This document shows positions 17,358-26,485 of a stretch of 47,590 nucleotides of DNA, one piece after another. This stretch comes from a virus. Taxonomy: Duplodnaviria > Caudoviricetes. Under the pieces are notes generated by a model that was not told the DNA's origin, ran no database searches, and saw nothing but the letters and a program-made list of their open reading frames with translations. The position numbers and the translations under genes are program-made. The stretch covers positions 1-47,590 of the IMG/VR virus record IMGVR_UViG_3300016665_000364. One strand, 5' to 3'. The number at the start of each line of letters is the position of its first letter. Position 1 is the first letter of the stretch.

Positions 17358-17900
17358 TCAGACCTTCCTCGTGTCACGGATCGCTTTGCCCACCGCGCCG
17401 CCGCGGGGCAGGCCGGTCGGCGTCAGACCGAGATCCTCGAACTCGGTCACCCATCGGTTCTGCGTGTCGTCCCAGCGAGCTCGGTTGCTCGCGCGCGTGC
17501 CGGCAGACGCGGCGTAGTCGAGCGCGCTGAGCGTGTTGCCGGCCTTCCACGGGGCGGTCGTGGCCTGCGAGGTGACCACGGTCTTGCGCCCCGGCGCGTC
17601 TTCGGGCGTGCGGCCGAACGCCGTCGCGTACGTGCGCTCGGCGTCGCTCTTGAACCCGCTGGTCGCCGCGATGGCCCCCTGCGGCTTCGGGTTGCCGTCG
17701 TCCTCGAACCCGCTGTACTTGGCGACCGGCGCCGCAGGCGGGCCGGCCTTGACCGACTCCCACTCCGCATCGGGCAGCAACTGGCCCGCCTTGATGCGGG
17801 CGTACTGCTCGTCGGTGAACTTGATCGGGTGCCCGACCTGCTCGCCGAACGCGGCCTCGTAGTCGGCCTTGGTGCTCGGCATGATGACGGCCTTCTTCAT
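17358..17900 (-). CDS. Hypothetical virion-block protein
   Basis: ATGA overlap; contains MPSTKADYEAAFGEQVGHPIKFTDEQYARI. Confidence 0.65.
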   Translation of the reverse strand: MKKAVIMPSTKADYEAAFGEQVGHPIKFTDEQYARIKAGQLLPDAEWESVKAGPPAAPVAKYSGFEDDGNPKPQGAIAATSGFKSDAERTYATAFGRTPEDAPGRKTVVTSQATTAPWKAGNTLSALDYAASAGTRASNRARWDDTQNRWVTEFEDLGLTPTGLPRGGAVGKAIRDTRKV

Positions 17901-18814
17901 CGCGTCAGGTCTCCGTACGGGTCATCCCACGTGTTCTTCTGGTTCTCGGCCCACGCCTGCGCGGCGTACCCGACGCCTCCGGCCGCGCCCTGCATCCATT
18001 GGCCGTACTGCGCGCCTCGGAGCGCGGAGTCGCGCATGCTCTGCGCCTCTTCGCGGCTCGCGATGCCGTGGGTGAAGTTGTAGTAGTTGAGCGCGTTGAC
18101 GAACTCGTTCTGGTCGAGACCCTGCGCCATGCCGAGGATCGCGTTCTTCTCCGCGTCCGACATGGCGTACCAGTCCATCTGCGCCTTCTGGTTCTGGAGG
18201 CCCGCCTGCTGCGCCATCTGCGCGTTGGCCAGCGCGACGCGGTTGGCCCCTTGCGCCGTGGCGAGGTCGGCGCCGCGCATCGCGCCCAACGCTGCGCCGT
18301 ACTGGCTGGTTGCGGACTGTACTTCCTGCGCCTTCGCCGCCGCACTCGAGGCCGCCGACTGCGAGAGCGCCCCGGACATCGCACCCATCGCCGCCTGCTG
18401 CGCGAGCGCCGTGGGCTTACCCGCAGCGAGCGCTGCCTGCCGGTTGCGGAGCGCGTCGTCCACGCCCTGGCCCATCACGGCCTTCGAGACGCTCGGGCCG
18501 TCGCCCTGGGACGCCGCGCCGAGCATCGCCGTCGAGTCGCTGGCGAACTTCGCGCCCGGCCCGGTCGGGGCGGTGTAGCCGGCCTTCGCCGCGACGATGG
18601 CCGCGGGCCCTCCGAGGCGCTTGCGCGCGTCGTAGAGCGCCATGATGTCGGCGCGCGACTTGTCGTAGCCGGGGGTCTTCGTCCCCTTGGCCTTCTCGTT
18701 CGCGGCCATCTGGCGAGCGAACGACTCGTTCAGCGCCTTGTCCTTCTCGTATCCCGCCTGACCCCCGACCCCGGTCTGGTACGGGTTCTCGTCTCCAGTG
18801 GCCCAGAAGCTCAT
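17897..18814 (-). CDS. Ala/Gln/Met-rich ejection (pilot-like) protein, paralog A
   Basis: Low-complexity helical composition typical of podophage ejection proteins; ATGA-coupled. Confidence 0.7.
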   Translation of the reverse strand: MSFWATGDENPYQTGVGGQAGYEKDKALNESFARQMAANEKAKGTKTPGYDKSRADIMALYDARKRLGGPAAIVAAKAGYTAPTGPGAKFASDSTAMLGAASQGDGPSVSKAVMGQGVDDALRNRQAALAAGKPTALAQQAAMGAMSGALSQSAASSAAAKAQEVQSATSQYGAALGAMRGADLATAQGANRVALANAQMAQQAGLQNQKAQMDWYAMSDAEKNAILGMAQGLDQNEFVNALNYYNFTHGIASREEAQSMRDSALRGAQYGQWMQGAAGGVGYAAQAWAENQKNTWDDPYGDLTR

Positions 18815-19644
18815 TTGTAGCTCCCCACGCCGAGCGTGAGCATCTTGGTTACGAGGTTCATGCCCTGAGCGAACTTCTCGCGCTGCGCAGCGTCCTGCGC
18901 GTTCTTCATCGCGCGGTCAGCCGAGAACGCGTCGTACTCCGCCGACGAGCGGCCGAGCCTGTTGGCCCACTCCTGCTGGTTCATGTCGATCCCCATGCCG
19001 AGCAGCGCGCGCTTCTGCGCGTCGTTCATCTGCTGCCACCGGAGCGCGGCGTCCTGATTCGCCATCGCCGCCGACTGCTGGAAACCAGCGTTGGCCATGT
19101 TGATGCGGTTGTACTCGTCAGCGTTCGCGATGTCGGCGCTCCGCATCGCCGCGCCGAGCTGGCCGTACTGCGCCATCGCCGCCTGCTGCTCCTGCGCGCC
19201 GATGATGTCGGCCTGACGCGCGGTCGCCGCGTCCATGTACGCCGCCTGGTTGCCCGTGGTGCGCGCCGCACGCATGCCCGCCGCGCCGCCCGGCTTGCCG
19301 AACGCCGAGGCCATCATCGCGCGCTTGGCCGCGTCGCTGTTGGCGTACATGGCCGACTGACCGGCAGATGGACCGCCCGCGGCGATGGCCTTGAGGCGGC
19401 TGGCGAGGAACTCCTGCCGGTTGGCCCCCTCGGGGCCAATGGCCGCGCCGGCCATCGAAGCCGCGCCGGCCGTCGGCATGCCGAACTTCTCGCGCGCGGC
19501 GAGCCTGCTCTTCTCGTCCTCAACGAGCGCCTGGTTCTGCGAGAGCCCAGGCGTTGCAGGGTCGCCGAGAAACAGCTTCTGCTTCTGGCCTTCGATGAAG
19601 GTGCCGACGCTCTTGTCGCCCCACGTGTTGCCGTTGACTGCCAT
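18811..19644 (-). CDS. Ala/Gln/Met-rich ejection (pilot-like) protein, paralog B
   Basis: GAGGAG RBS and TGATG overlap with the nozzle stop; aligns by eye with 17897-18814. Confidence 0.7.
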   Translation of the reverse strand: MAVNGNTWGDKSVGTFIEGQKQKLFLGDPATPGLSQNQALVEDEKSRLAAREKFGMPTAGAASMAGAAIGPEGANRQEFLASRLKAIAAGGPSAGQSAMYANSDAAKRAMMASAFGKPGGAAGMRAARTTGNQAAYMDAATARQADIIGAQEQQAAMAQYGQLGAAMRSADIANADEYNRINMANAGFQQSAAMANQDAALRWQQMNDAQKRALLGMGIDMNQQEWANRLGRSSAEYDAFSADRAMKNAQDAAQREKFAQGMNLVTKMLTLGVGSYK

Positions 19645-22589
19645 CAGATGCTCCTCGTTGCGCTCATCTTGTTCGCGCCGTTTTTGACGCCGCCGACGAT
19701 GCCTATGCCGGTGATGGCAAACCCCTGGTTGAACCCGCTGGCCTGCGTGTCCTCGACGCAGATGCGCATCGCAGAGCACTTCTGCCGCGCCGGGCTGACG
19801 CGGAACCATTCGAGCGGCCACGCGCCGCCCCATGTCGCCCCGCTGCCCCAGGTCGCGTCATCGCCCCACGCGTCGGGGCCGGTGACGGTCGTGGCGTCCA
19901 CGGTCTGGTCGAAGAGGTACTCGGGCCGGAAGTCATAGCCGAGCCGCACGCGCAGCGAGTGCGCGCCCTCGTAGTCGCCGAGGATGAGCAGGCGGTAGAT
20001 GCGCTGGAACCCGTTCAACTGCGCGAGGGAGATCCACGCCGTGACGAACCGGAGCTGGATGAACGCGCCGTCGTCCGTGTACGTGCCATCGGCCTCTTGG
20101 TACGTGCGCCCGGTCGACCTGGCCCACACGTACTGGCCTTGCCACACCGCCGCGTCCACCGCCGCGATGCTGGTGAACGTGGACCACTGGTTCATCAGGT
20201 AGTCGTAGACGAGCACGAGCGCCGTCTGCGTCTCTCCGTTCGGCCTCGTCACGGTGCCCGACGTGGTGAACCGGACCTGGTTGTTCGACGGCACGAGCAC
20301 CGCCGACGTGACGGTGAGGCCGTTGAACAACTCGACCGGCGCGCCGACGTACGTGACGCTCAGCGAGCGGTCGAGCAGGTAGATCCCCTTCGGGCTGTGG
20401 AACATGAGCCCCGCGTTGGTCAGCACGACGGAGCGCGGCTCGTCGCATCCGACGTCGGACGTCACCAGTACGGGCTCGGCGTAGTCGCCCGCGCCCGTGT
20501 TGGTCGGACCGTCGCCGCCGACGACGAAGATCGCTCGCTCCTTGAAGATGACGATCTTGTCATCCATCCCGGCAATCGCCGTGACGTCGCCGCCCCGGTT
20601 GTCGGGCAGGAGGTACAGCCCGTCGTTGAACGCGGGCGGCTCTCCGTCGTATGCGATCTTCGAGTACGAGACGCGGTTCGGGCCGGTCCTCACGAACGCG
20701 CGCCCTCGGTGCGTCGTGATGAGCGAGCACGCGCCCGGCGCGATGTTCTCCAGCTCCTGATTCGCGGTGCCGTCCGTGTAGATGACGTCGTTCGTCTCGA
20801 TCGATGCGTCCGACGCCGTGTCCACGTAGGCCACGGACGTGGCCGTCGTGTCGTTCAGCGTGGGCGAGGTGAGCGACGAGATGCGGTAGAACACCGTCCC
20901 GCTCGCAACGGTCCGGTAGACGACGATGCGTACGTCCGTCTTGGCCGTCACGCGCAGCGTCGGGAGCGTCAGCGTCACCGAGTCGCTCGCCGCCGTCGTG
21001 ACCGCGTACGCCGCGCTCGGCGCGCTGCGGTGAATCTGCCCCTGCGCGTCGGTCCACTCGTACACGCAGCGGTACTGGTGCGCGCCGGCATCGATGGACC
21101 CGCCCGAGCCCGCCGCGGTGCCGGTGAGGCCCTCGGGGAAGAAGTGGAACCCGGCCTCACAGATGGTGCGCCCGTCGTACGCGTGCAGCACGCCGCCAGC
21201 GATGAGCAGATTGCCGCCCACCTCGGCCGACGCGTACCGATACGACGACGTAAAGTCGACCGTGACGATCTCGACGCCCGTGCGGCCGAAGAAGGTGCCG
21301 GCGTCCGACTCGACGCGCGTGATCGTCTCGTGCGCGAACTGGAAGACGCCGGTGGACACCTCGGTGGTCGGGGCCGTGTTGACGCGGTGTCCTCCGCTCA
21401 GCCCAGGGGCGGTCTTGGCGATGACGTCCCCGTCTTCGCTGACGACCATGCACGTGGACTGGAGCGTGCTGTCCCACGTCGTCGGGCAGTAGGCCGATCC
21501 GTTGTACCGGAACGCGGTCGCGCACGCGCGGAGACCGAGGGCCACGCGCTGCGGCGTGTCTGCGCTCAGCGTCGAGCCGCTGACGTGGTAGCGGGTCGAG
21601 TAGAACGAGCCGGCGTCGTCGTAGAAGATGACGCCTCCGTCCGAGTCCATGGCGACGCCCGTGATGCGGTCGGCGAGCGCTGGGGTGCCGATGCTCGTCG
21701 GCCCCGCCAGCACGGCCCCCGAGGAGCTGAGGACGGCCAGCTCCATGGACGACGTGATGCCGCTGACCAGGTAGACGTCGGTCCCGTTGGTGCCGAGCCA
21801 CGCGGCCAGCCCGGCCTGGCACGGGACGCTGACGGTCGTGCGGCTGCTGACGGCCCAGGACGAGTCGATGAGCCACCGCCCGAGCACGCTCGACGAGTCG
21901 TTCGAGATGACGAACAGGTTCGACGAGCCGGCGATGACGGTCAGGCGGATGTTCGATGGGTCGAGCGTGGAGATCGGATTGACCTCGACGCCGAGGGTCG
22001 AAGGGCTCGACGGTGACACGCGCCGATAGAACAGGTTGTTCGCGACCACGTAGACGATGGCGAACTCGCCCTGCCAGACGACGACGCCCGCGCCTGCGGC
22101 CGTGCTGCTCACCTCCGAGTCAGGCACGAAGAGGGAGCCAGTCGCGTCGTCGCGGACCGAGTAGCGCACGCCGCCGCGCGAGTCGGACCACACCGTGAGC
22201 GTGACGCCGCTGATCGTAACCGACGCCGGGATGGTCTGCTGGTAGGTGTTGCGGATGACCGGATCGGACGTCAGGTCGACCGACACGATCGAGCCACGGT
22301 CCACCCACCCGTCTAGCGCCTCCGAGCGCGAGTAGACGCGCCCCGCGTCGCCGAAGAGGAGCAGCTCGTCACGGAACACGGCCAGGCCGTCCGCGCGCGT
22401 CACCGAGTCGCCGCCGACGATGTTCGACGTGATGCCCGTGAAGCCGTTGCGCTTGCGGATGGAGCCGAGCTTGGTGAACACGCCGTTCTCAAGCTCGAGC
22501 AACTTGCCGGGGACGACGAGCTTCGCGTCGGTCTTGGTGTCGATGCCCTGCCCGAACTGGAGCGGGAAGAGTTGCTTACTCAGCGGCAT
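19644..22589 (-). CDS. Tail nozzle / tail tubular protein B-like (P22 gp10/T7 gp12 class)
   Basis: About 980-aa beta-propeller-like protein; G.D.KTD..L..LEN..F...G.I.KR.G N-terminus, VGC..PRSV, VYDY..NQWS; lies between the adaptor/fibre and the ejection genes. Confidence 0.8.
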   Translation of the reverse strand: MPLSKQLFPLQFGQGIDTKTDAKLVVPGKLLELENGVFTKLGSIRKRNGFTGITSNIVGGDSVTRADGLAVFRDELLLFGDAGRVYSRSEALDGWVDRGSIVSVDLTSDPVIRNTYQQTIPASVTISGVTLTVWSDSRGGVRYSVRDDATGSLFVPDSEVSSTAAGAGVVVWQGEFAIVYVVANNLFYRRVSPSSPSTLGVEVNPISTLDPSNIRLTVIAGSSNLFVISNDSSSVLGRWLIDSSWAVSSRTTVSVPCQAGLAAWLGTNGTDVYLVSGITSSMELAVLSSSGAVLAGPTSIGTPALADRITGVAMDSDGGVIFYDDAGSFYSTRYHVSGSTLSADTPQRVALGLRACATAFRYNGSAYCPTTWDSTLQSTCMVVSEDGDVIAKTAPGLSGGHRVNTAPTTEVSTGVFQFAHETITRVESDAGTFFGRTGVEIVTVDFTSSYRYASAEVGGNLLIAGGVLHAYDGRTICEAGFHFFPEGLTGTAAGSGGSIDAGAHQYRCVYEWTDAQGQIHRSAPSAAYAVTTAASDSVTLTLPTLRVTAKTDVRIVVYRTVASGTVFYRISSLTSPTLNDTTATSVAYVDTASDASIETNDVIYTDGTANQELENIAPGACSLITTHRGRAFVRTGPNRVSYSKIAYDGEPPAFNDGLYLLPDNRGGDVTAIAGMDDKIVIFKERAIFVVGGDGPTNTGAGDYAEPVLVTSDVGCDEPRSVVLTNAGLMFHSPKGIYLLDRSLSVTYVGAPVELFNGLTVTSAVLVPSNNQVRFTTSGTVTRPNGETQTALVLVYDYLMNQWSTFTSIAAVDAAVWQGQYVWARSTGRTYQEADGTYTDDGAFIQLRFVTAWISLAQLNGFQRIYRLLILGDYEGAHSLRVRLGYDFRPEYLFDQTVDATTVTGPDAWGDDATWGSGATWGGAWPLEWFRVSPARQKCSAMRICVEDTQASGFNQGFAITGIGIVGGVKNGANKMSATRSI

Positions 22590-23631
22590 GGGCCACCTCC
22601 GCAAGTCGGGCCAGCGCGCGCTCGCACTGGAGCCGCATCGTCGCGGACACGTCGCCGGCCTGGAGCGCGGACCGGATCGTCTGCGCCGCCTCCGGCTCGC
22701 CGGCCTGCCACTGGGCGAGGCCGTACGCCGCGACGCAATCGGAGTTGGGCGACCACCGTAGGAATGCGGCCTCTAGGACGCGCAGCACCGCGCGAGGCCC
22801 GCCGCGCCGCGAGGCGAACTCGCACAGCGACTGGACGATGCGGTGCCGCTCGGGCGTGGCGTCGTTGCACAGGCCGAACGCGTGCCGTGCGAGCACCTCG
22901 GCCTCCGCGTGCCGCTTCGCGTCGTCGAGCATGATGACGGCGTACGACAGCGCGTGGACGTCGTTCGGGTCGTCAGCGAGGCAGCGCTGGATGATGCGCC
23001 AGTTGCGCTCGTCGCGGCGGTGCTCGGCCCGGACGTCGAGCCGGCCGCCGAGGTGGATGACGCGCGCGGCTTCGCTCGGCACCGTGACGTGCCCCTGTCG
23101 GCGCAGACGGTCCACGACGCGCTCGTGGATGCGGTGTTGGTAGAACGGACCAACCTGCCGACGAAACAGCCGCGTCATGACCTGCGCGAGCTCGGGGCGG
23201 TCCACGTGGTCGAGCGCCATCGCGCCCCACGTCACGCAGTCGGGGAGCGTCTCAAGGAGCGCGCGGATGTTCTCGCCGCCCTCGAATCGCTCGTCCGCGT
23301 CGAGGAGCACGATCCACTCGCCGGTGCACAGCTCCATGGAACGGTTCCGGCACGCCGCGAAGTCGTCGATCGAGCGGAGCCCGTCGCCGAGGTCCACGGT
23401 GCGCCACGGCTCGCGCGTGACGAACGCGCCAAGCTCTGCGGCGATGGCGTCGGTCCCATCGGTCGAGCCGGTGTCGAGCACCACCACCTCGTCGGCCCAC
23501 GCGGCCGAGCGGATGGCGTCGGCGATGAAGTGGGCCTCGTTGCCGGCCATCATCGCCACCGAGATGCGCACGGGGCGCGGCTCGTCGTGGCAGACGGTGC
23601 CGGCCGGGACGTTCTGGAGCTTGATGAGCAT
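22576..23631 (-). CDS. GT2 (GT-A) glycosyltransferase with TPR-like C-terminus
   Basis: NEA..I..AI.S, VVLDTGSTDGT, DDFAACRN, LLDADE (DXD), RIHE, then helical repeats; coupled to the tail-fibre stop. Confidence 0.9.
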   Translation of the reverse strand: MLIKLQNVPAGTVCHDEPRPVRISVAMMAGNEAHFIADAIRSAAWADEVVVLDTGSTDGTDAIAAELGAFVTREPWRTVDLGDGLRSIDDFAACRNRSMELCTGEWIVLLDADERFEGGENIRALLETLPDCVTWGAMALDHVDRPELAQVMTRLFRRQVGPFYQHRIHERVVDRLRRQGHVTVPSEAARVIHLGGRLDVRAEHRRDERNWRIIQRCLADDPNDVHALSYAVIMLDDAKRHAEAEVLARHAFGLCNDATPERHRIVQSLCEFASRRGGPRAVLRVLEAAFLRWSPNSDCVAAYGLAQWQAGEPEAAQTIRSALQAGDVSATMRLQCERALARLAEVAHAAE

Positions 23632-24809
23632 CAGGCCGCCGCTACCTGTATGTCGTTGCCAGAGGTGCCGCGGTATCGGAGCGCGCCGTTCCAGCAGTAG
23701 AGGATGCCGCCCCCGACGGGGTTGCTGCTGGGGGAGGTGGACGCGTTGGAGATCCACACGACGTAATCGCCGGTGGGGATGTTCGTCGAAGTGACCTGCC
23801 CGCCAAGCGATATGTACCGTCTGGTTGACGAAAACTGCCCCGTCGTGACCATGACTGTGCCGCCGATAGCCAACTGCACGCGCCCCGCTAGCCCGGACCC
23901 GCTGCCCGTGCCTGACTGTAGCGTCAGCGTGCCGCCGTCGTTGGCAGCGCCCCCGGCCGACTGGGCCTGGATGCTCATGTTGCTGCCGGTGCCGGATGCG
24001 ACCGTCTGCGTGATGCTCGGGCTCGCGACCGATGCGCCGAAGGCCACCACGCCCGCGGTGCCGGTCAGCCCGACGACCGTAGGCGCAGCGGCCGTGCCGC
24101 CGAGGTCACCGGCAAGCTTGATGCTCCCCTTCGCGGTGGTCGACGCGTCGTGCTCGGTGATGACCGTCCACTTGTTCGCGCCGTCCGAGATGAAGCGCGC
24201 GGAGCCGTAGTTGCGATCGATGACCCACGACGTCCCGCCCTCGATGGTGTCGGAGCCGGCGCGGCTGATCGTGATGTTGTTCGACGCAGCGCCGCCGGTC
24301 GTATCGGTGAAGATGTAGTAGCGCCCCGTCTGCACCGCGTTTGCCGCGGGCAGCGTGATGGACCGGGGAGCGGCCGTGTTCACGAGGTAGAGCGTCGACG
24401 AATCGGACGGTCCAATCGTCACGTTCCCGGCGAGGGAGAGCGGCGAGTAGACCGCCGTCACGAGCCCCGACGTGTTCAGCGTGCCAGAGGACGTGATCTG
24501 TACGGGCGTCCCGCTGCCGTTGGTGTAGTAGAGGTTCCCGTCTGCCTTCGCCCACAGGCGGTAGGTGTCGGTGATCGCAGCAGCCTGCGCGGTGAACGCG
24601 GTGGCCTTGAGCCCGGTCGCGGTGTACCCGCCGAACGACAGGTTCGCGTCAATGTTGATGCCCGCGCTCGGGACCTGCACGCCCTTCCCCGTCGTATGGT
24701 CGTGCGCGTCGATGGACGTGATGGCGGTGTTGATCTGCGTGGCGAACGTCGGCCCCGCAGTTACGCTCACCGTCGGGAGCGTGAGGTTCATGTTGCTGGT
24801 GTTCGGCAT
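23631..24809 (-). CDS. Tail fibre/spike protein, Ser/Thr/Gly-rich
   Basis: NMNLTLPTV...IDAHDHTTGKGVQV anchor, ITLPAA..G...I.D..G.A..NNITI and KGSIKLAGDLGG fibre motifs. Confidence 0.8.
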   Translation of the reverse strand: MPNTSNMNLTLPTVSVTAGPTFATQINTAITSIDAHDHTTGKGVQVPSAGINIDANLSFGGYTATGLKATAFTAQAAAITDTYRLWAKADGNLYYTNGSGTPVQITSSGTLNTSGLVTAVYSPLSLAGNVTIGPSDSSTLYLVNTAAPRSITLPAANAVQTGRYYIFTDTTGGAASNNITISRAGSDTIEGGTSWVIDRNYGSARFISDGANKWTVITEHDASTTAKGSIKLAGDLGGTAAAPTVVGLTGTAGVVAFGASVASPSITQTVASGTGSNMSIQAQSAGGAANDGGTLTLQSGTGSGSGLAGRVQLAIGGTVMVTTGQFSSTRRYISLGGQVTSTNIPTGDYVVWISNASTSPSSNPVGGGILYCWNGALRYRGTSGNDIQVAAA

Positions 24810-24815
24810 GCTTCC

Positions 24816-25124
24816 TCACCACACGAACACGTCCACCCGGACGGTTCCTGAGTTGCTCTCCAGAGTGATCGTTCGCGCGTCCCACGCCGTGCGGCGCACC
24901 GTCCCGTGGTCGAGCAGGTCGGTCACCTGCCAACCCACCGGGACGCGTCCGAGCCCATGCGATACAGCGATGCCAGTGGACGGCACTGAAACGGACTGGA
25001 TGCGCGCTCCGGTCAGTTGCTCGTGCGCCACCACCGCGCGCAACGTGTCGCCGATGGCAGACTGGACGTCGTTGATCTCCCGGTCGGCCGACTGGATGCG
25101 ACGCGGCAGCGGCACGCGCGCCAT
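24816..25124 (-). CDS. Small tail/neck protein (102 aa)
   Basis: VSHGLGRVPVGW motif common in phage neck/fibre proteins; TGATG-coupled. Confidence 0.65.
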   Translation of the reverse strand: MARVPLPRRIQSADREINDVQSAIGDTLRAVVAHEQLTGARIQSVSVPSTGIAVSHGLGRVPVGWQVTDLLDHGTVRRTAWDARTITLESNSGTVRVDVFVW

Positions 25125-25801
25125 CAGCGCCCCCACGAATCGGTGTCGAGCCCGAAGTCGTCGACCGCGCTGACGACCGTGATGCGCTCCGGTCCAGACG
25201 CGTCTCGGTTCGCGGCCTCCGACGTGATGCGTGCCTTGAGCTCGGCCTTCCGAGCCATGAGCACGGACACGTCGCTCTCCTCCTTCTGGAGGCACTTGAT
25301 CGCCGCGTCCACGACCACGTACTCGTCCCAGCCCATCAGGTCGGAGAGCGTGTCGGAATCGCCCGTCATGGGCGTGTAGGCGAGCAAGTACCAGAGGCGA
25401 TACGTCCCGGCGTAGTCGTCCTCGGGGAGGATGTAGATCGAACCCTGCGTCAGCCGGTACGCGCGCCAGACCTCGAGGTCGCCGCGCTGGTAGCGGTTTT
25501 GCCATCGGTTGCGTTCCTCGAACGAGAAGCGAGGCACGCTGATCCACGACCCGGCGTTCGAGTAGTCCAGCCCACGGAGCTTGAAGAAGGTGGCGGGCAG
25601 CGTGTACGCGTTCGACGACGTGAGCGTGAACTGCGAGGACGTCAGGTAGTAGTCCTCGTAGAGCGTGCTGAGCAGCCCGTGGAGCTCGGCTCCGCTGTTG
25701 TTGATGTAGCGGTCCAGCTCGGAGTCGGCGATGAACGTGGACGACTCCTGGTCTGCCTGCTGTCGGACGTACGTGCGCAGATTCGCGAGCGTCACAGTCA
25801 T
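25124..25801 (-). CDS. Head-tail adaptor / tail tubular protein A-like
   Basis: TLANLRTYVRQQAD...ELDRYIN, YTLPATF, YVVVDAAIK; GAGGTG RBS; follows the capsid block. Confidence 0.8.
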   Translation of the reverse strand: MTVTLANLRTYVRQQADQESSTFIADSELDRYINNSGAELHGLLSTLYEDYYLTSSQFTLTSSNAYTLPATFFKLRGLDYSNAGSWISVPRFSFEERNRWQNRYQRGDLEVWRAYRLTQGSIYILPEDDYAGTYRLWYLLAYTPMTGDSDTLSDLMGWDEYVVVDAAIKCLQKEESDVSVLMARKAELKARITSEAANRDASGPERITVVSAVDDFGLDTDSWGR

Positions 25802-25812
25802 CGGGTCACCTC

Positions 25813-25851
25813 AAACGAAAAGCCGCCCCCCGGATTGCTCCGAGAGGCGGC
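25813..25851 (-). terminator. Intrinsic terminator after the capsid block
   Basis: Minus strand GCCGCCTCTCGGA-GCAA-TCCGGGGGGCGGC followed by TTTTCGTTT. Confidence 0.8.
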
Positions 25852-25870
25852 CTCCCCAGTCACGCCGCGG

Positions 25871-26095
25871 TCAGTCCCCGCAGCACTCGATGAACGACTC
25901 CAGCGCGTCGGCGAGGGCCTTCGCGTCGTTCGCTTTGAACGCGGCCATCACCTCTTCGGCGGCAGCCAGCTTCGCTTCACCCTCGCCGCCCTCTTCCGAG
26001 GACATCGGGGCGTCTTCTTCCATGTCGTCTTCGCCGGCCTTCTTGCCCTTCCCCATCAGGGCGAGGACGAGCGCCGCGGTGCCTTTGCCTTTCAT
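25871..26095 (-). CDS. Small acidic protein (74 aa)
   Basis: Basic/hydrophobic N-terminus and acidic middle; lies between the decoration gene and the terminator. Confidence 0.65.
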   Translation of the reverse strand: MKGKGTAALVLALMGKGKKAGEDDMEEDAPMSSEEGGEGEAKLAAAEEVMAAFKANDAKALADALESFIECCGD

Positions 26096-26098
26096 GGC

Positions 26099-26467
26099 TC
26101 AGACCCCGCTGTTCTTGGCCTTGACGATGACGTAGCAGGACGCGCCGCTGCCGGGGCTCGTCGCAGTCGAGCCGGCGAGCAGCTTGAACTTGACGGTCTT
26201 GCCGGAGGCGCTGACCGAGTAGACCTGGGGAACCAGGTCGACGGCGGTGCTGCTGTTGACGTTGTAGGTCACGCTGACGGCCTTGATCGTGTTGAACACG
26301 TCCGAGAGCGTCAGGGTGAAGTCGCCCGCGCCGTTCGAGGTGAACGTGCCGCCCGTGAAGTCCTGCGAGGCAATCGCCGACGCAGAGCCGAACGTGACGG
26401 AGCCGTCGATCTCCACCTTGCGCGGGTAGTAGTGCCCCTCTTCGGGGTAGAAGTTGCGGTCAGCCAT
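26099..26467 (-). CDS. Capsid decoration/minor head protein candidate
   Basis: 122-aa Ser/Thr-rich beta protein directly after the MCP; GGAGG RBS. Confidence 0.65.
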   Translation of the reverse strand: MADRNFYPEEGHYYPRKVEIDGSVTFGSASAIASQDFTGGTFTSNGAGDFTLTLSDVFNTIKAVSVTYNVNSSTAVDLVPQVYSVSASGKTVKFKLLAGSTATSPGSGASCYVIVKAKNSGV

Positions 26468-26485
26468 CTAGGTCGTGCCTCCCGA

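Noticed and set aside
17336-22589. Identical MPLSKQ N-termini of the nozzle and the 16763-17353 protein
   Set aside because: Only six residues, codons differ and similarity stops there; cannot be distinguished from chance.
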